NCBI GenBank assembly: GCA_000182565.2
Contig: KQ257453.1
DNA length: 64,000 bases
Strand: one strand, 5' to 3'
Source of the DNA: Spizellomyces punctatus DAOM BR117
Taxonomy: Eukaryota
Positions 1-13,800 of this stretch are shown here, piece after piece (the stretch's first letter is position 1; every line of letters begins with the position of its first letter). Below the pieces are notes generated by a model. That model had not been told where the DNA came from. It ran no database searches and worked only from the letters and a program-made list of their open reading frames with translations. A program made the translations under genes and the position numbers.

Positions 1-184
1 GATAGTGGCGAGACCCAATTTCGAACAGTTCCCAGATCGCCATGAGGTTTCTGGTGGACACTTTTTCTTTATCATAGAGAGAAAACGCATAGAACCTTAG
101 CTATAATCAATCGCTTGGAAGATAGGATCTGGGATCACGTCAAGCAAAAAACCGAGTGTATTCTACCAGCCAATGGACACAAAC

Positions 185-3100
185 TTATTTCCACAAATCA
201 TTCAACTTCTTACGCTGTGCCTATAGGTAAGATGCGGGGAAGTCAACGTTCATATTAGTTCATATTACCATAAGGGACAAAGGAACTGTCCTTTGTGCTT
301 ACCATTCCTTTAGCTACCCAAATACCTAAAATCAACGCTGCTATGGTTGTCAATAGCGCACCGTAGTTGAATCCCTCGCTCAGCACATCGAAGGCCTTGC
401 TGGGGCTTCGCCGTGCGCAAAATATGTCCAAACCCCACGCAATGGTCAGAGAAGTGGATTCCAATTTGGTGGCAGAGCTGAGGACATGCTCAATGCGCGG
501 AACCTGCCTAGAATTGTTATTTGCTGCGAACCACCGTTACCACACCCAATACTTACATATAAATGATACGAAGCAACTTCTTTTGGATTGAAATCCAAGG
601 TTGCGCGATATGGTAGCACGCCTTCCTCTTTCTCATCCGCTGTTGGTGCCCCAACCGGTCGACGCGGATCAAGCAGTCTCTTATTCACGCCGTAGAGGTG
701 ACCCTCTGCGAGTCCAACTGCAAATAGGAGGAGGTAATCTATCAGTGAATAGTCACTCATGCATTTGGCATTGCGGACGCATACGTAAAACTTCCTTAGT
801 TGTGATTCCTGCTCCAGTTGCTGTTAGCGCCATCGCGTTAATGCGCTTAGGGAATGCGTAGCTCTGTGCGATGACATGTGGCCGTTTCGATTGGAAGGAG
901 GAAAAAGTATTGCTATATTTATGTAATTAAATAGTTTGACAACGAATTTTACGGAAAAGACAAACTAAATAACAGTATCTGTACCTTTCAAGCCGTGAAT
1001 CTGGTTTTGCACTTTCGTAAAACTCCAGGGTAGCCATTTCAAACCCCTTCGCATCTGGTACAGCAAAACTTGTCGCAGCTGCCGGTTTTCTCTTCTTCTT
1101 CCTTTTCTTCTTGAGATCCTGCTCTGTTTCAATGGTCGACTGATCAATTTGTGATGGAGCTGCCTCCGGACCATGATTCCAGTAGGATACCACCGCCCAA
1201 TTTTCACTTTGTACAAGGTGTATCGAGGGAATGTCGGGCAAAACGTGTCCAGCTCCCTTGAACTCAGCTCGGTAGTGGATGCTACCGGTAACTGTGTCAA
1301 TAAGATACAATAGGACAACAGAGGTGAACTGTGCATCGAAAGGTCCAGTGCCAGTAGTTGCGATGGTAGCGAGAGCCAGCAGATTCGGGTTCAGATATTT
1401 GTACAGAACCGAGCGATTGCCTAGTACCCGTCCTAGCGAAGCAACGTGCTCTGTTGTGCCCATTGGTTAGATGGAATACCCGTCTCCTTTAGGTCGCTTC
1501 TGCTGCACCAACATACCATGTTTGGATACTTCACCGAGTGCGGCAATTTTCTCATCATCAGGAAATTCCACCTTCCACGTTGAGATCAGCTTGTAATTGC
1601 CCTGAAAATACTTGAATAAGCATTGAAAATATCCAACAGTAGTTGACTGCTAGTTCACGCACATCCGGTGATTGTGCGACTTTGAAACCGCCTAGTTCCG
1701 AGGATCCTACTCCTTCCGTTAAGTAAAGATGAAAGGTAGGAAGAAATGTCTCGAAGGCGCCCCTTGCTACGGGAGAATCCGGATGCAGATAGACCTGGGA
1801 AGTTCAGTTGTCCATCAAGCAGTCCAGACGCAACAACAAACACAATCCACCGAAATATAAAATTACCTGAGAATCTTGTCCAACCAATGCCAACAAGTGC
1901 GTTCTGTCCTCGGGTTCTTCCAAAGGAAGCCTCATCACCTTGCGAATGAGGCCAAATTCCGATGTTGCATTAGAACCATCCCCAGGATAGTCATCGCCTG
2001 TCAACGCATTCAATCTGTATAACAGCGAAGTCGACTTCATGGAACAGATCACGAGACATTAATGTCGGGATATCTTCGCAATTCACAAGTTTGGACACTT
2101 ACTTCATCCCGGTTACCCACAAGGGTAATAACAGGCGGGTACTTGACTACCGATGTCCGTATATTTTCCACTTGCCAGAACGAGATACCGCCAAAATACC
2201 TCTCCCATACCGTTCGACCTCTCTCAGTATCGTAGGCGACAACCTTCCCAGTTTTCGAGGCGAAGACAATGACTTTCCGAACACCCAGCATATCTGCTCG
2301 AAGATCCATGTCATCGTGAGTATTGCTACTACCGAAGAGATACTTCGACATAGCCACAATGCGCTCTGGTAATGCCTTCATCAATGCAATCATGTAAGAG
2401 CTCCCTCCAGATACAAAATGGCGACGATAAACTGAGCTACCTTCACTTTATTGTAATGAGACCGGACGCGTCTCATGTAGCGTTCGATCGACGTGATTGA
2501 AGCTGTCTCTTCCGGTTGTTCGTCTGTTAGGTAACGTCAAATTGTCAGTATATTATCAACAGATTGAAATGCACACTGTGTCTTACTCAATTCGTCGTGC
2601 ACTTGAGACAATAGACTCTTTTCAGGAAGATCGACGTAGACGGCTGCAGAAGCTTTGGTCAAAGCCTCCTCCTTCGTCCATACAATCGCGCCGTCTTTCA
2701 ACAGTTTAGTTGAACCATCTGCTGTAATGATGAAAATGCGAAAGCCAATGGAGCCGTCCTTCTTGGGAAATACATCGAGAAATGCCTATGGGAATTGGGA
2801 GGATGTGTAAGGGGCTAGAGCGACGAACGGAACCTTAATCCATGCATTGTGCTATAATGCTCAGAGAAACAGTATCAAAAATCCTTCATAGACCAAGGAA
2901 CGGTGAACCGTCCACTCAAAGTCGTAGAAATCCAATCGTGATCATCACGCAATATACCAATAACCTTCCAAAGACGTCTGAAACTCTATCACAAACCTTC
3001 TGAACAGGGCCGGACATTCTTTCAATAAATGGGATCGAATATGTACCAATGGCCTTTGCGGACGTGCTATCAACCAGTTCGGCTCGTAGCTCCTTCTGAA

Positions 3101-4501
3101 GACAGTAGGCTCATGAATACCAGTAAGTGATCTCATATCGGGACACGTTCTCACCCCAGATCCTCTGGTGAGCCGGAGCACGTGGGTTTTGCCAAGACTA
3201 TGGGCAGTCGCAAAAATATTGCCCTCAAGATGAGCCTAACCATAGGTGTTACTTAGTATTAACTAAACAGCAACCCGCTTTGAAAATGACATACCCGCTG
3301 AAACGTGTGGACGACAGTGTGTGGGTTTCGTGCAATGAGGTACTTGTCTTTGGCACGGATAATTATATCTGGGTGCATAGTCTCTGGTTGCAACACCGTA
3401 ACGATTTCAGCACTCTCAATTCCGAATACCTAATGGAACAAACATTGAGATCCTAGCACTCTAGTCGATCGGTGTCACCGCAAAGCACGTACCTCCTCCA
3501 CTTCCTCCACGTCTGCTTGGCGCCCTAATATATGCCTATAGGCTCTTGCCACCCCATTCCAATATAAATACACGTGCTCCACGTCGCCAGCCACGAAGAT
3601 ATCCTCAGATGCACGTACTGCACCATTAGGAGGTTGATATTCCTCGATGATGCGTCCCGTAATGGCGTCCATCTGAATGATGGAGACCTCTGGATAGTCG
3701 CGCGATTGTTTCGTGCCAATAAGGTACAAGACTCTCCCATGGGCATATATACAACGGTAAGTGGCACTAAAATTATAATTAGATAATGTTTGAATGATAC
3801 CCGGAGTAACGTACCTTGTCTCCAATTTAGAAGACCATAAGATGCTTCCTTCTTCACCGCTCAGTCGAGTAACAGTTTCGCCATTTATCAGCGTCACAAC
3901 ATCACCGCCGCCGGTAAAGGTCAGATCTGCGGCGGGCTTGCTCACATTTCCATCAGATGACTGATCCCAAACAAGGAATCCCGTTTGAGCATCCCAGAGG
4001 CGCGTATGAATCAATCGTCTGCCGGATATGGACACTAACCCTAGATATCACCAGATTAGCGTCGGATTCTGCCGTTGACCATCACTCATTATTAGTCATG
4101 CATACCATGCGAACCGAGACGTACTGAGAGAAGATCGTCCGAAGGCTCCAGAACCTGTCGCCACACTATCCAGGAACGCAATATGTCGGTAACAAGCGCC
4201 GAACGACCGTACCGCCGCAAAACATACCAGAATTGCCCGTTTTAGGGGATATCAGGGCAAGTACGTTCCTTTCTGTTCCCACAAACAGTTGTGACCTTTG
4301 GCCTGTCCGCGTGTAAAACACATGGCTGGGGGTCCCCACGAGCTCCTTGTGCCTTTGGGGTAGATAAGATGGCTGTCAGATCGCGTTCCAATAAAGTTTC
4401 CAGTGCCGAAAAACACACCAATCTGTCGCACCAGCCTGGTCAACGTGAATTGCACTAAACACCGGAGTGCAAAGCAGACAAGCAAGCAGCAATAGTAACA
4501 T
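185..4501 (-). CDS. EMC1: ER membrane protein complex subunit 1 (multi-exon)
   Basis: Signal peptide then 'AIHVDQAGATDW'; PQQ-like propeller segments; EMC1 C-terminal motifs 'GRVLGNRSVLYKYLNPNL', 'LLDPRRP', 'LESTSLTIAWGLDIF..R.SPSKAFDVLSEGFNY' plus a TM helix; last exon 'AQRKKLNDLWK*'. Confidence 0.93.
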
Positions 4502-4711
4502 CCTTTGTCGTTGCTCCAAGGCCAAAAGTGCGCACCGTCGATATCCAAATTGGACATCCAAATTGGCATGGCAACAACCTTATTGCCGACTAAGCCTGCT
4601 TCCCCGCCAAGTGCGGTAAATCACATGTCAATTTTGTCTTGGATGACCCCAGGACTGCCAACTTTGGGACTTCTGCCGAGCCGTTCCTTCGTTTGCCACC
4701 GATCTTTCATC

Positions 4712-7700
4712 ATGGGGAGCGACCGCGACGGTGCTGTCATTACTCCACCAGACTCGCCACCTCGAAGTGGTGCAGAAACCGGCGATATCTGTGCAATGAG
4801 CAAGTCGTCGAGCTGTGGTATGCCGTCAATTACGTCGGCCGACGGCCTTGCGATTAAGGGTTTAAAAGTGCCGGACGTACCACCGAATACGCCTGCTTCT
4901 AAAGGTATGCAGATACTTGTAGACACTGATGACCTCTCTCTCTGGCTTTACGGACATGCAATAGTAATGTGAATTCTCTCCCTTTGCCTTTGTGAATCTA
5001 AATGTGTGGCATATCAAATTCTTAGAAGCGATTCTGGCTGCGTCCGAGGAAACAACAGTTGGGAGGGTTCCGGACGGCACAGGTAATGGCGTCTGCTATT
5101 GCCACTGTAGACATTTATAGTTGAACCTCATGCTTACTTTCGTTTCACAGTTTTTTCCGTTCCTCAGACACACGACTTGATTCAGACCCTATTTTCGCCA
5201 AAGGAACCGAAGACCTTACCTGAATGGATCACTCTCGGTGCGATGGCGTTCGAGATCTCTCTTTTCTTGTTCACCAATACCCCGCGAGGAGTGTTCCTCT
5301 GTTTCTTTATTTTCTGGCGCTGCATGTACAATTTCGGGCTTGGTGTCCTCTTGAGTGCTCAAAGTCGCGACCGCGCACTCGTCCGTTGGGCCAAGCGAAT
5401 TGGTTTACAGTCTAATCCTACCAAGCCGCGGACATGGTGGGCGCAATTTCTGGTCAATCAAGTCAAACGGAAGATGAGCAAGGATGTTCAATACAATTAC
5501 GAGGTACGTCTTTATTTGACGATATGCGAGTTGTATACGAATTACAAATGAATCATATTTTCCCCGTGAAAAAGACTATGCCGATTGAATTTAACGTTTG
5601 GATACTTTATCGCGGATTGGTCGACGTCATTCTGGTTAACGACTTCACGTGCTACGTGCTCTTTGCAATATCTTTCTACCAATATCCGGAAGGTGGCCAC
5701 GGGTTGAAGGATGTACTTCGGTACGCAGGAGGTGTTCTCATGCTGTTGTTCAATCTTTGGGTAAAGACCGATGCTCATCGAGTTGTTAAAGACTTTGCGT
5801 GGTGTGAGTGGACTTCTGTTCATTTCTGTGCTTTTTACCCATGGTTCTTACTTTTCGCAATGTTTCGATGACTGGCAGATTGGGGGGACTTCTTCTTCCT
5901 GGTTGACGCGTCATTGACATTTGACGGGGTGTTCGAGATGGCACCGCACCCTATGTATTCCGTCGGGTACATCGGTTTCTATGGAACTGCCCTCATTGCT
6001 CAGAGCTACTGGGTGCTCTTTATCAGCTTGGCAGCCCATGCGGCGCAGATGGCATTTTTGCATTGGGTTGAGAATCCGCACATTGACAAGACCTATAATC
6101 CGCCCACGCAGAAAACTGGTAGTTATTTCATCTTTTGCGACGGACTTTGATACCCCGTACTTATTCAATTACCATTTCCCAGAAAAGGAGGATCGTGAGT
6201 TAATGGGGAAGTATTTTAGACGGGATATGACGGTGTTCCGCAATTTGGACTGGTTTAGAAGCACCGATCTCCAAACTATTACCATAGCGGCCTACACTGT
6301 TCTAGCCGCCATTCTAATTGGTCCGATCGATGGCACTTGGAAACTGTGGTTTTATGTGGGGTACGGCATTATTTGGTCACTTCCCGCTGTAGCAAAGCTC
6401 TAACTCTCCATTTCTAGTCAAACCTTATTTTGGCGTGTTGTCCACACTTACGGGCTTGGTGCGATCTTGTATTTGCAAAGCAATTTCCGTTTATGGAACC
6501 GCCACTTCATCAAGTATGGCGATAGTCCTCGGGAGGCGTTCCATCATTGGAAAGTGTAAGTGTCTCTCGTTGGTGCTCGGGTTCTTGCAGCTGGCTGACA
6601 TAGACTGCTCGGTTAGAATATACAACACTACTCAATTGATGACTTACGTATCATTCTTCATTTGCGCAATCCGACTATTTGTGGTACCAGAGAATGTCGT
6701 TTATGGTACTTTTCTTCTTCGAGCAACTTTGGGCGTGGTAAGAGCTTGTCCTCATTGAAGGAAGCATGATTATGATTACCTCACCTCTATGCAGCTCTTT
6801 ATTCTCTTGCATCTCTGGATTGCGATCTCTACATTTGAAGTGATCGGTTCATCGGGATGGTTTTATGGCGATTTCTTTATTGACGAGCTTCGTGCACGAA
6901 GTGGGCCCGTCTATAGTGGATTGTATCGCTATCTCGACAATCCGCTCCTGTACACGTTCTCCTGCTGGGGAGTGGCGATGATATGCGGTTCCCCCGTGCT
7001 GTATGCAATCACGCTTTTTGGTCAAGTCTCGAATTGGTTGTTCCTGCGCTACGTTGAACAACCACATATGCGGCGAATGTATGGATCCAAAATCCGAAGG
7101 GAAGCAGGAGTCGAACGGGTACTGAAGAGTAAAGTTGGTGAACTCGAACGAAATGCGAAGGGAGCTGTAGAAAAGATGGTGAAGGATTTGGATCTTGTTG
7201 ATGTTCTTAACCGGATCAAGCTGGTGAAACGTCAAGGTGAACAGGAACTTAGGAAAGTCATGGGGCCAGAAGCATGGAAAGAGTTTGTTGCACGTGCAAG
7301 GGGCCGAAAAGGCGTACGCCGTGTCGGTACAGATGTGACACCACCGGAAAGCGAGGAGGATGACTACATAGCGGAAGAAGACGATGGGTCCACTGTCGGG
7401 CGAGAAGGACTCCGGTTGCGTAAAAAGACATCTCAAGATTCGCAAAGCTCTTCCTCATCTCATGAAGATGAAACGGCCACTCGTCAAGTAGCTGCTAGAG
7501 GAAGGCGCGATGCAAACCGGAATTTGCCCCAAGCCGTTGAGCGCATTATTGAGGAACTGGAAGACCTGGTGGATCAAGCGAAGCCTCGAGTACGAGCAAT
7601 GGTTGGAGAAACGACCTTGAAGTTTGCACAGTTAGCGAAAGTGTATGTTGATTTGATCTTCTATCGCCATCGGGCTGTCAGCTGTTACGTGTGTCATTAA

Positions 7701-8752
7701 TATTATGTCTTTCTTTCTCAGAGGGGAAGAGCTTCCTGTTTCTCGCCTTCCAGTGCATTTATACCGTTTGGAGTTTCCTTTCTGTGCCACTGGATCTCCT
7801 GTTACTTTCACGCTTGGTCAACCCATTACAATTGAGTTTGTATCTGTGGCCGAAGCCATGACATCGCGGGATTGGATTGGTCTATACCCGGTAACCGCTA
7901 ACCCGAACAGTGCTTTAACCACAACGAAGAGTAGTGGCCGCTGGCTCTTCATAACTGGACATGCAAAGACGGAATGGGATATTGATGGTGATGTTGGTAC
8001 AGGCCGTGGAATATCGCTGGTGAAAAAGAGCAACGGCAAAAGTTGGATAGGTCAGACAGAAGTGAAGTTCCTTCCTGCTCACGGCGATGGAATTACCGCT
8101 GACGCTGAAGATTTGCACCTGGTCCGGGGTCAGCTGACCTTCCACAACGATCAGCTTCCGTGGCGCGTTGGAGTTTACGAAGCGAGATATCACTATGAAG
8201 GAAAATATGGGGTCGTTACTGCCAGTCGCGCTTTTGAGATTGTCGCAGAGGAGTTTTCGTGGCAAGAGGCGGAATCCACCGAAGCCGAAGACGACAGAAT
8301 TGTGGACACTTTACGGCGAATCGTGGAGAACTGCTTGGACATTGATGTTGTGGCTGGCGGGAGGCCGCTCGGTGTCGACGACGATATTTTGGAAAGAGTG
8401 AAGGTGGACGGATGTCTGGACGGTGGTATGCTGCGGCCGTTTTTAAATATGAGCGTGCTCATGCCTGAACTAAACTACTATTTCTTTGCAGCCTCGTACG
8501 CGAAGTATAAAGAGGAGGTGGCGAAGCGCATCACATATGTAACCAAGCAAACTTTCGGCATCGAGTTTTCATGGAAGGTGATCGGTTTAGTCGGGACTGT
8601 TGGAGGTCTGGCGAAGCGGGTATGTGGCAGCGTCGTATCACAGCCAGTGCCAAGTCCTGACTAACACTTGATGAAAATTTAATATGTAGATATCCTCCGC
8701 TCGTGTTGCGCTACATCCACCACCGACAGTGAGCGATGGCAAAAACCTGTAA
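4712..8752 (+). CDS. CHO2: Phosphatidylethanolamine N-methyltransferase (multi-exon)
   Basis: '[20 protein letters not shown]', '[22 protein letters not shown]', '[17 protein letters not shown]', second PEMT repeat '[18 protein letters not shown]', and the fungal C-terminal extension '[18 protein letters not shown]'. Confidence 0.93.
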
Positions 8753-9093
8753 CTTATTTTAGATATTAGTCGTTGTTGCATTTTGTGCACAATAGAATGT
8801 CCGTAATGTCACATACTCATCACGAGACAAGAAGAGGTTCTTCACGCTTTTTTCAGCTGGCGGGGCGACCTGCGGACGTCGTCTAGTCTAAGTTCAACGA
8901 TGTGCTGAATGTAACATATAGGAGCATATACTCGGTGGTTTTTTAGCTGCGAAAGAATATCTACCAGTCCCTGTTTAACTGTTCCTGTCGATCAAGCTGT
9001 GAAAGTGTGTATTTCAAATAATAGAGGTCGATAACTTGTCAATTGTGCTCCTAGACTATGTGAGGCTGTCTAAACTATTTTACGTAGTACTGA

Positions 9094-10396
9094 TTACCAC
9101 AGGCGATGCAAAACTTCCATCATGGCGGCACGTCCTAAGAAACCGGCTGCGTTCGCCTGCAACGGAAATATTACGTTGAATAACGAGTTGCACGAACAGA
9201 ACCTGGCACACGTACCGGAAAGGCGCGGAGAAGTGCCGGTCCCAAACCCTTGAACAGTGCTGTGGGTCCTTCAGATGCGATGATTTTGACACCACAGTCA
9301 ACGAAGCCTTTGTAAGTTCCTGCAGGTGCTGCCTGAATGCGGGATTTAATAACGTCAGGAGGCTAATCGGATTGACAAAGATGTTAGTAGGAAGCCTGGT
9401 ACATTGTGTGTTGTTGCCACTAATTTGCATCAACTCACAATAGCAATGGACCACATCGCAACCCCAGCCATTCCTATGAAAGCCACACTTTAGATTACGC
9501 CTGGAAATTCGCGCGTATCAGATACGTACCACCCGCGAAAAGAACGGATCCCACTGAAAGCCCCTCTTGTCCCTTTGGCTTTAGTGCACGATAAACAGCT
9601 TCATAGGCCCAGAAGTATGCAGCAGATCCTGGTACATCGCGAGCCAACGTCGCGATTGTGCCACGGTATAAAGAGCGGATACCTCCTTCACGCCACATAT
9701 CGGCACCTGCGTCCAACATTCCCTTGTACTTCTTTCCCCCAGCAGCTTGATCCTGAGTCTGCAGTATGACTTTGACTCGTTCCATGGGAGTTGTCACAAT
9801 TGTGGTCGGGATAGCCGAGAAACCTCCGGCAATGGCATACTCGGTCAACGACAGATCCGTATTTTTACGGTTCGGGGTAACGTTACGCACAAGTTGACAG
9901 CCAAGGTCGTAGGACTAAACGACGACAGGATGGTGAGCGGCCAGTACAAAGAACAAAACAACTAACATGCAGAGACACCAAAGCATCTGCGCGTCCGTCT
10001 CCAATAGGAAAGGAGGAAGGTCACAAACGAAAGGCCACCAGCCGTCTTACTCACCCAGAAACTGAGAGCGAACATTGGGGTAACACCAACAAGGGGAGAC
10101 GCCATGCCCTTGTAGAGGCCAAGGAACCCTTCCTTGGCTACAGTTTGTTTGAAGCAGTCCGCCAATCCTTTGTACTGATTGCTGGTTTGCAGGCGAACTT
10201 TGAGGGTATCAAATGGATGCTGAGAAGAGAAATCAGAACCGTGAGTTGCTAAAGCTCGTCCATCGTTTGAGAGCATAAATGATGCAAAGATTTAACACAA
10301 CTTGCAACGTACACCGGCCAAAACTGTCGAAACGCCGGCAGCGGCACCTCCCAGCAGAGATTTTATCTGATCCATCTTTGGAGCGTCGTCGGCCAT
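9094..10396 (-). CDS. CRC1: Mitochondrial carnitine/acylcarnitine carrier (SLC25A20-like)
   Basis: Mitochondrial carrier signatures '[11 protein letters not shown]' and '[11 protein letters not shown]'; '[21 protein letters not shown]'; '[13 protein letters not shown]'. Confidence 0.85.
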
Positions 10397-10829
10397 CTTA
10401 TTATGATCGTTTGCACAACAATGGAAGAGAACTGCAAGAAAACCCTATTGAATGATTCATATGCACGCAGTTTCGCCGTGAAGCATCGTCCTCTCACCTT
10501 GTCGGTGCGGCCCGTCGAGTCGAGGTGGACAAAAGCGAGGAAGCGACCAGATCGTTGAAAATCTCCGTGCTAAGCCATCAGGGTGGGTAATCAGGGTTAA
10601 ATGCCCGAATCCGATCATGAAGTTGACCGTCATAGCAATTGCGACGAACCCTCATTGACGTTTACTCTCCACCATTGATGTTTTTTCAGAGTTTCCAAGG
10701 TTTCTGTGGTGCTTCCTAATTGATAGCCGGAATGTTCTACAAGTGGGTATCTGACGCGCAGGTCATCTTCAAGATGTCCAAGAGCATAGAGCGCCTTTGC
10801 GCTGTGTTAAACATATTGGGCTTGCTCTC

Positions 10830-13800
10830 ATGAATCGCCAATTTTTGTCGAATAGCCTCGAGGATGAAATATCTTCGGTCTCTCTTCTTTCCGAGGCCGC
10901 TGAAGTAGTGGCCAGCGTGCCCGCAGCTGGACTGGAGGACCTTACAGACTTTATGGCCTTGTGCTCACCAAGTGTGGCAGACTATTATACTGGCCGACGC
11001 TCTGCCAAACCTTACGTTGACGACCTGGCGGTAGGGCATTGTTGATGTGTTACTGGTTTCAAAGTATGCTTTTGGAGACTTACATGACGGACAACTTAGG
11101 CCTATTTTCGAGATCCGGGATTCACAGGTCTCCTGGAATATTTGATCATGTCGGAAGGAGTTTGTCGAGAGGTGCTGCTACCTCTATGTCTTGACTGCAT
11201 CGACATTCTCTCTGCACTCTCTAGCGAAGAGATGGCAAAAATTGATGGTAATTGTTGATGTTTTTCGTAATCCCAGAGGCCCATCGTTAATGATGAACGT
11301 GAAGACTATGAAATGGTTGAAAATTTCATCTATGAGATTGTTTCACGACTGCTACTATTAGCGGATAAGTTTGCAGATGCTCGAGCAGCATTGAATGAGT
11401 CCATCTGGGAATGGTCCAATGGATTCGTCAATCTTATTATTCGAAACCAATGTATGAGTTGTTATTTGACCGTACAAAACTCTCAAATTCCCGATATGTT
11501 TTATTTAACGATAACTTCTACATCTTTCGAAGCAGCACCGTGGAAGCTTAGAGCTGGTGTAGTTTCGATCATGGGTGTATTTAATGCGCTAAAGACTGCA
11601 CCTGTCAAGCCTCAGCTTCCATTCCTGACCAATTTCCTCGAGATTGCCAATCGCCTCTTGGATTTCGAACAGCTTAAAGCTATTGATAAGGCAGCGAGGG
11701 CAACAGAAAACGGTGCATTAAAGTATCCGGAACAACGATATGAAGCCCTTGACGTCATCGCAAGTTTATTCGCTTACGCTCAGCATTTACTTCTCGACAC
11801 TCTGGAAGTTCATCGGCTTGATGCAACACCATCTACAGCAACTTGGGAAACTGTATGTCAAGGAAAACTTTGCAGCCTTGTAACAGATAGCCAGTCTCGA
11901 GCTGCGATCCGGTCTCTTTACGACGTGTGTTGGCGATCGTACCGCAGGCAGACATCTAACGAACAGTGTGATGAGGGAGACATGCTTGGCACACTGTTGC
12001 CTGTGGTAGTGGTATGTGTCTGTTCTCCACAATAAAGGGGGGAGGTCGCATTTTTCAAACACCTATATCCGTTCAGCAATCAGCTGTCCTTTGCTCAGTT
12101 CATGTGGACCGATTGGAAGAAGATCTGTTTGTGCACCTCACGGCCATTTTGGAGGAGAAAGATCCACATTTCGTGCGAAACGCCGGAGCGGAAGTCTTTG
12201 TTGTTGCTTTGGAAGGCTTGGGGGTGCTCACTGAAAAGTAAGAAACAGGAATAGGCGGAATATTGGAACCTCTTACCTATGTATGGTCCAGCTTCCCTGC
12301 CATGCGTGGGAAGATCTTAGACACTCTCTTGGCCTTCATCCGCAACCCAGCTCCCGCCTTTCTCCAATGGGCCGACGACCATGCAGCCACTGCCGCCATG
12401 CGCCATTGTGCGAGCGCAATGCTGTTGAGGAATTTACAGGTGAGCGTGCTATTGTCATCTAATTCGGACATGGCTAACCTTCGCGCAGGCTGCTGGGAAA
12501 GAAACCATAACCGTGGCTGTTCTGGATAAGTGTGTCGACACAATGCGGGGCATTATGGTCGAAGGTGGTACGGTGAATCCCTGGTCTTCCGCATGGGAGA
12601 AGGGCCTCGCTCAGCAGAATTGCGCTGTTGCCGTCGCCACGATTGCACGTATATTGGGGAAGCAAGAGGTAAATGGCGCCTCTCGTAAATTTCGTGACAT
12701 TGATTATATTAATGCGGCGCATTGTAAGATTTTGAAAGTTCTGACGATCGCTTTTGAGGGTTCCCTGAATGATCCCAAATTTCCGTCTCACGATCTCATT
12801 TGGGAAAGTCTGGGAAATATGGGCTTGACCTGCGAACCCGACGTCTTCCATCTCGTATTGTCAACACTTAGCCGACAGCTGTCACCAAAGGTTATATCAG
12901 TTTAACTGACTACAAAGCATGTCGAGTGCTCAAGCTCACGCATGTTACTTCAGAGCACGGAGGTTCGCCATACTTTAGCGCGCGGAGCCGCGAAATCACC
13001 AGTCTTCTCGGGCATTTACCTTCAACAGGTTTTGACGTCATTTACCGAGAAGGCCATGCGAATCAGCAAGCAGGTATGCATTCAGGTCACGATCGAGTTT
13101 GCGCGACGCTCAGCTGTTTATAAGGGTTATATGTAGACTGCCAACATTGTTGCAGAGCTCTATGACATTGCCTGGATAGCGAAAGTGATATGCGACGAGG
13201 AGCATATTCAGTTGGCAGACGAGAAATCAGGGAGAATTCGAACCCTCTCTCGTGATTTCTGGCTGTGTGCTGTTATATATGTGATGAAATCTGATGGATC
13301 CTGGCCAAAAGGATGGCCCGCAATACTGCGCCAGATTGCCGTCAAGAGTCCTGTAATGACTCTGGCGCCTCATGAGAGGTTCTTGGAAGCGGACCTTCGT
13401 GCACATTCTGTGTTAGAGAAGAGTTTTACGGACGAGGTAAGTAGAAGCAAATTCGATGCCATTTGGGCTGCGCTGAATAGTGCTTTCTGAAGACCCAGCA
13501 GCGCGTGCGGGGGAATTTAGTACAAGCCTTCCCGGATCAGGCGAGCAATATCAAGTTACTGTCGTTCGCCAAGTGCGCATACCTACTGGCTGTACGTGAA
13601 CTAGAAGTGCTCCGCGGGCAAAGAGCCGATGTGAAGGCCATGTTAGAGTATCTCACAGACGACCGCTTGTATAACGATGAAGCCTATGGGTTATTGCACT
13701 GCATCGGGGACGAGGTGGGCAACTCCATTTATGCACCGCCATTTGGCCAGATTTGCTGACCCTTTCCCAGGTTGTGTCCACCTTTCTTAAAAAATGCGTT

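Noticed and set aside
6849-7445. 198-aa minus-strand ORF and many other antisense ORFs (e.g. 47486-48169, 49613-50128)
   Set aside because: Shadows of real genes on the opposite strand, with no domain signal.
7705-8752. Ig/SKICH-like C-terminal extension on CHO2 as a novel fusion
   Set aside because: A normal feature of fungal Cho2 orthologs.
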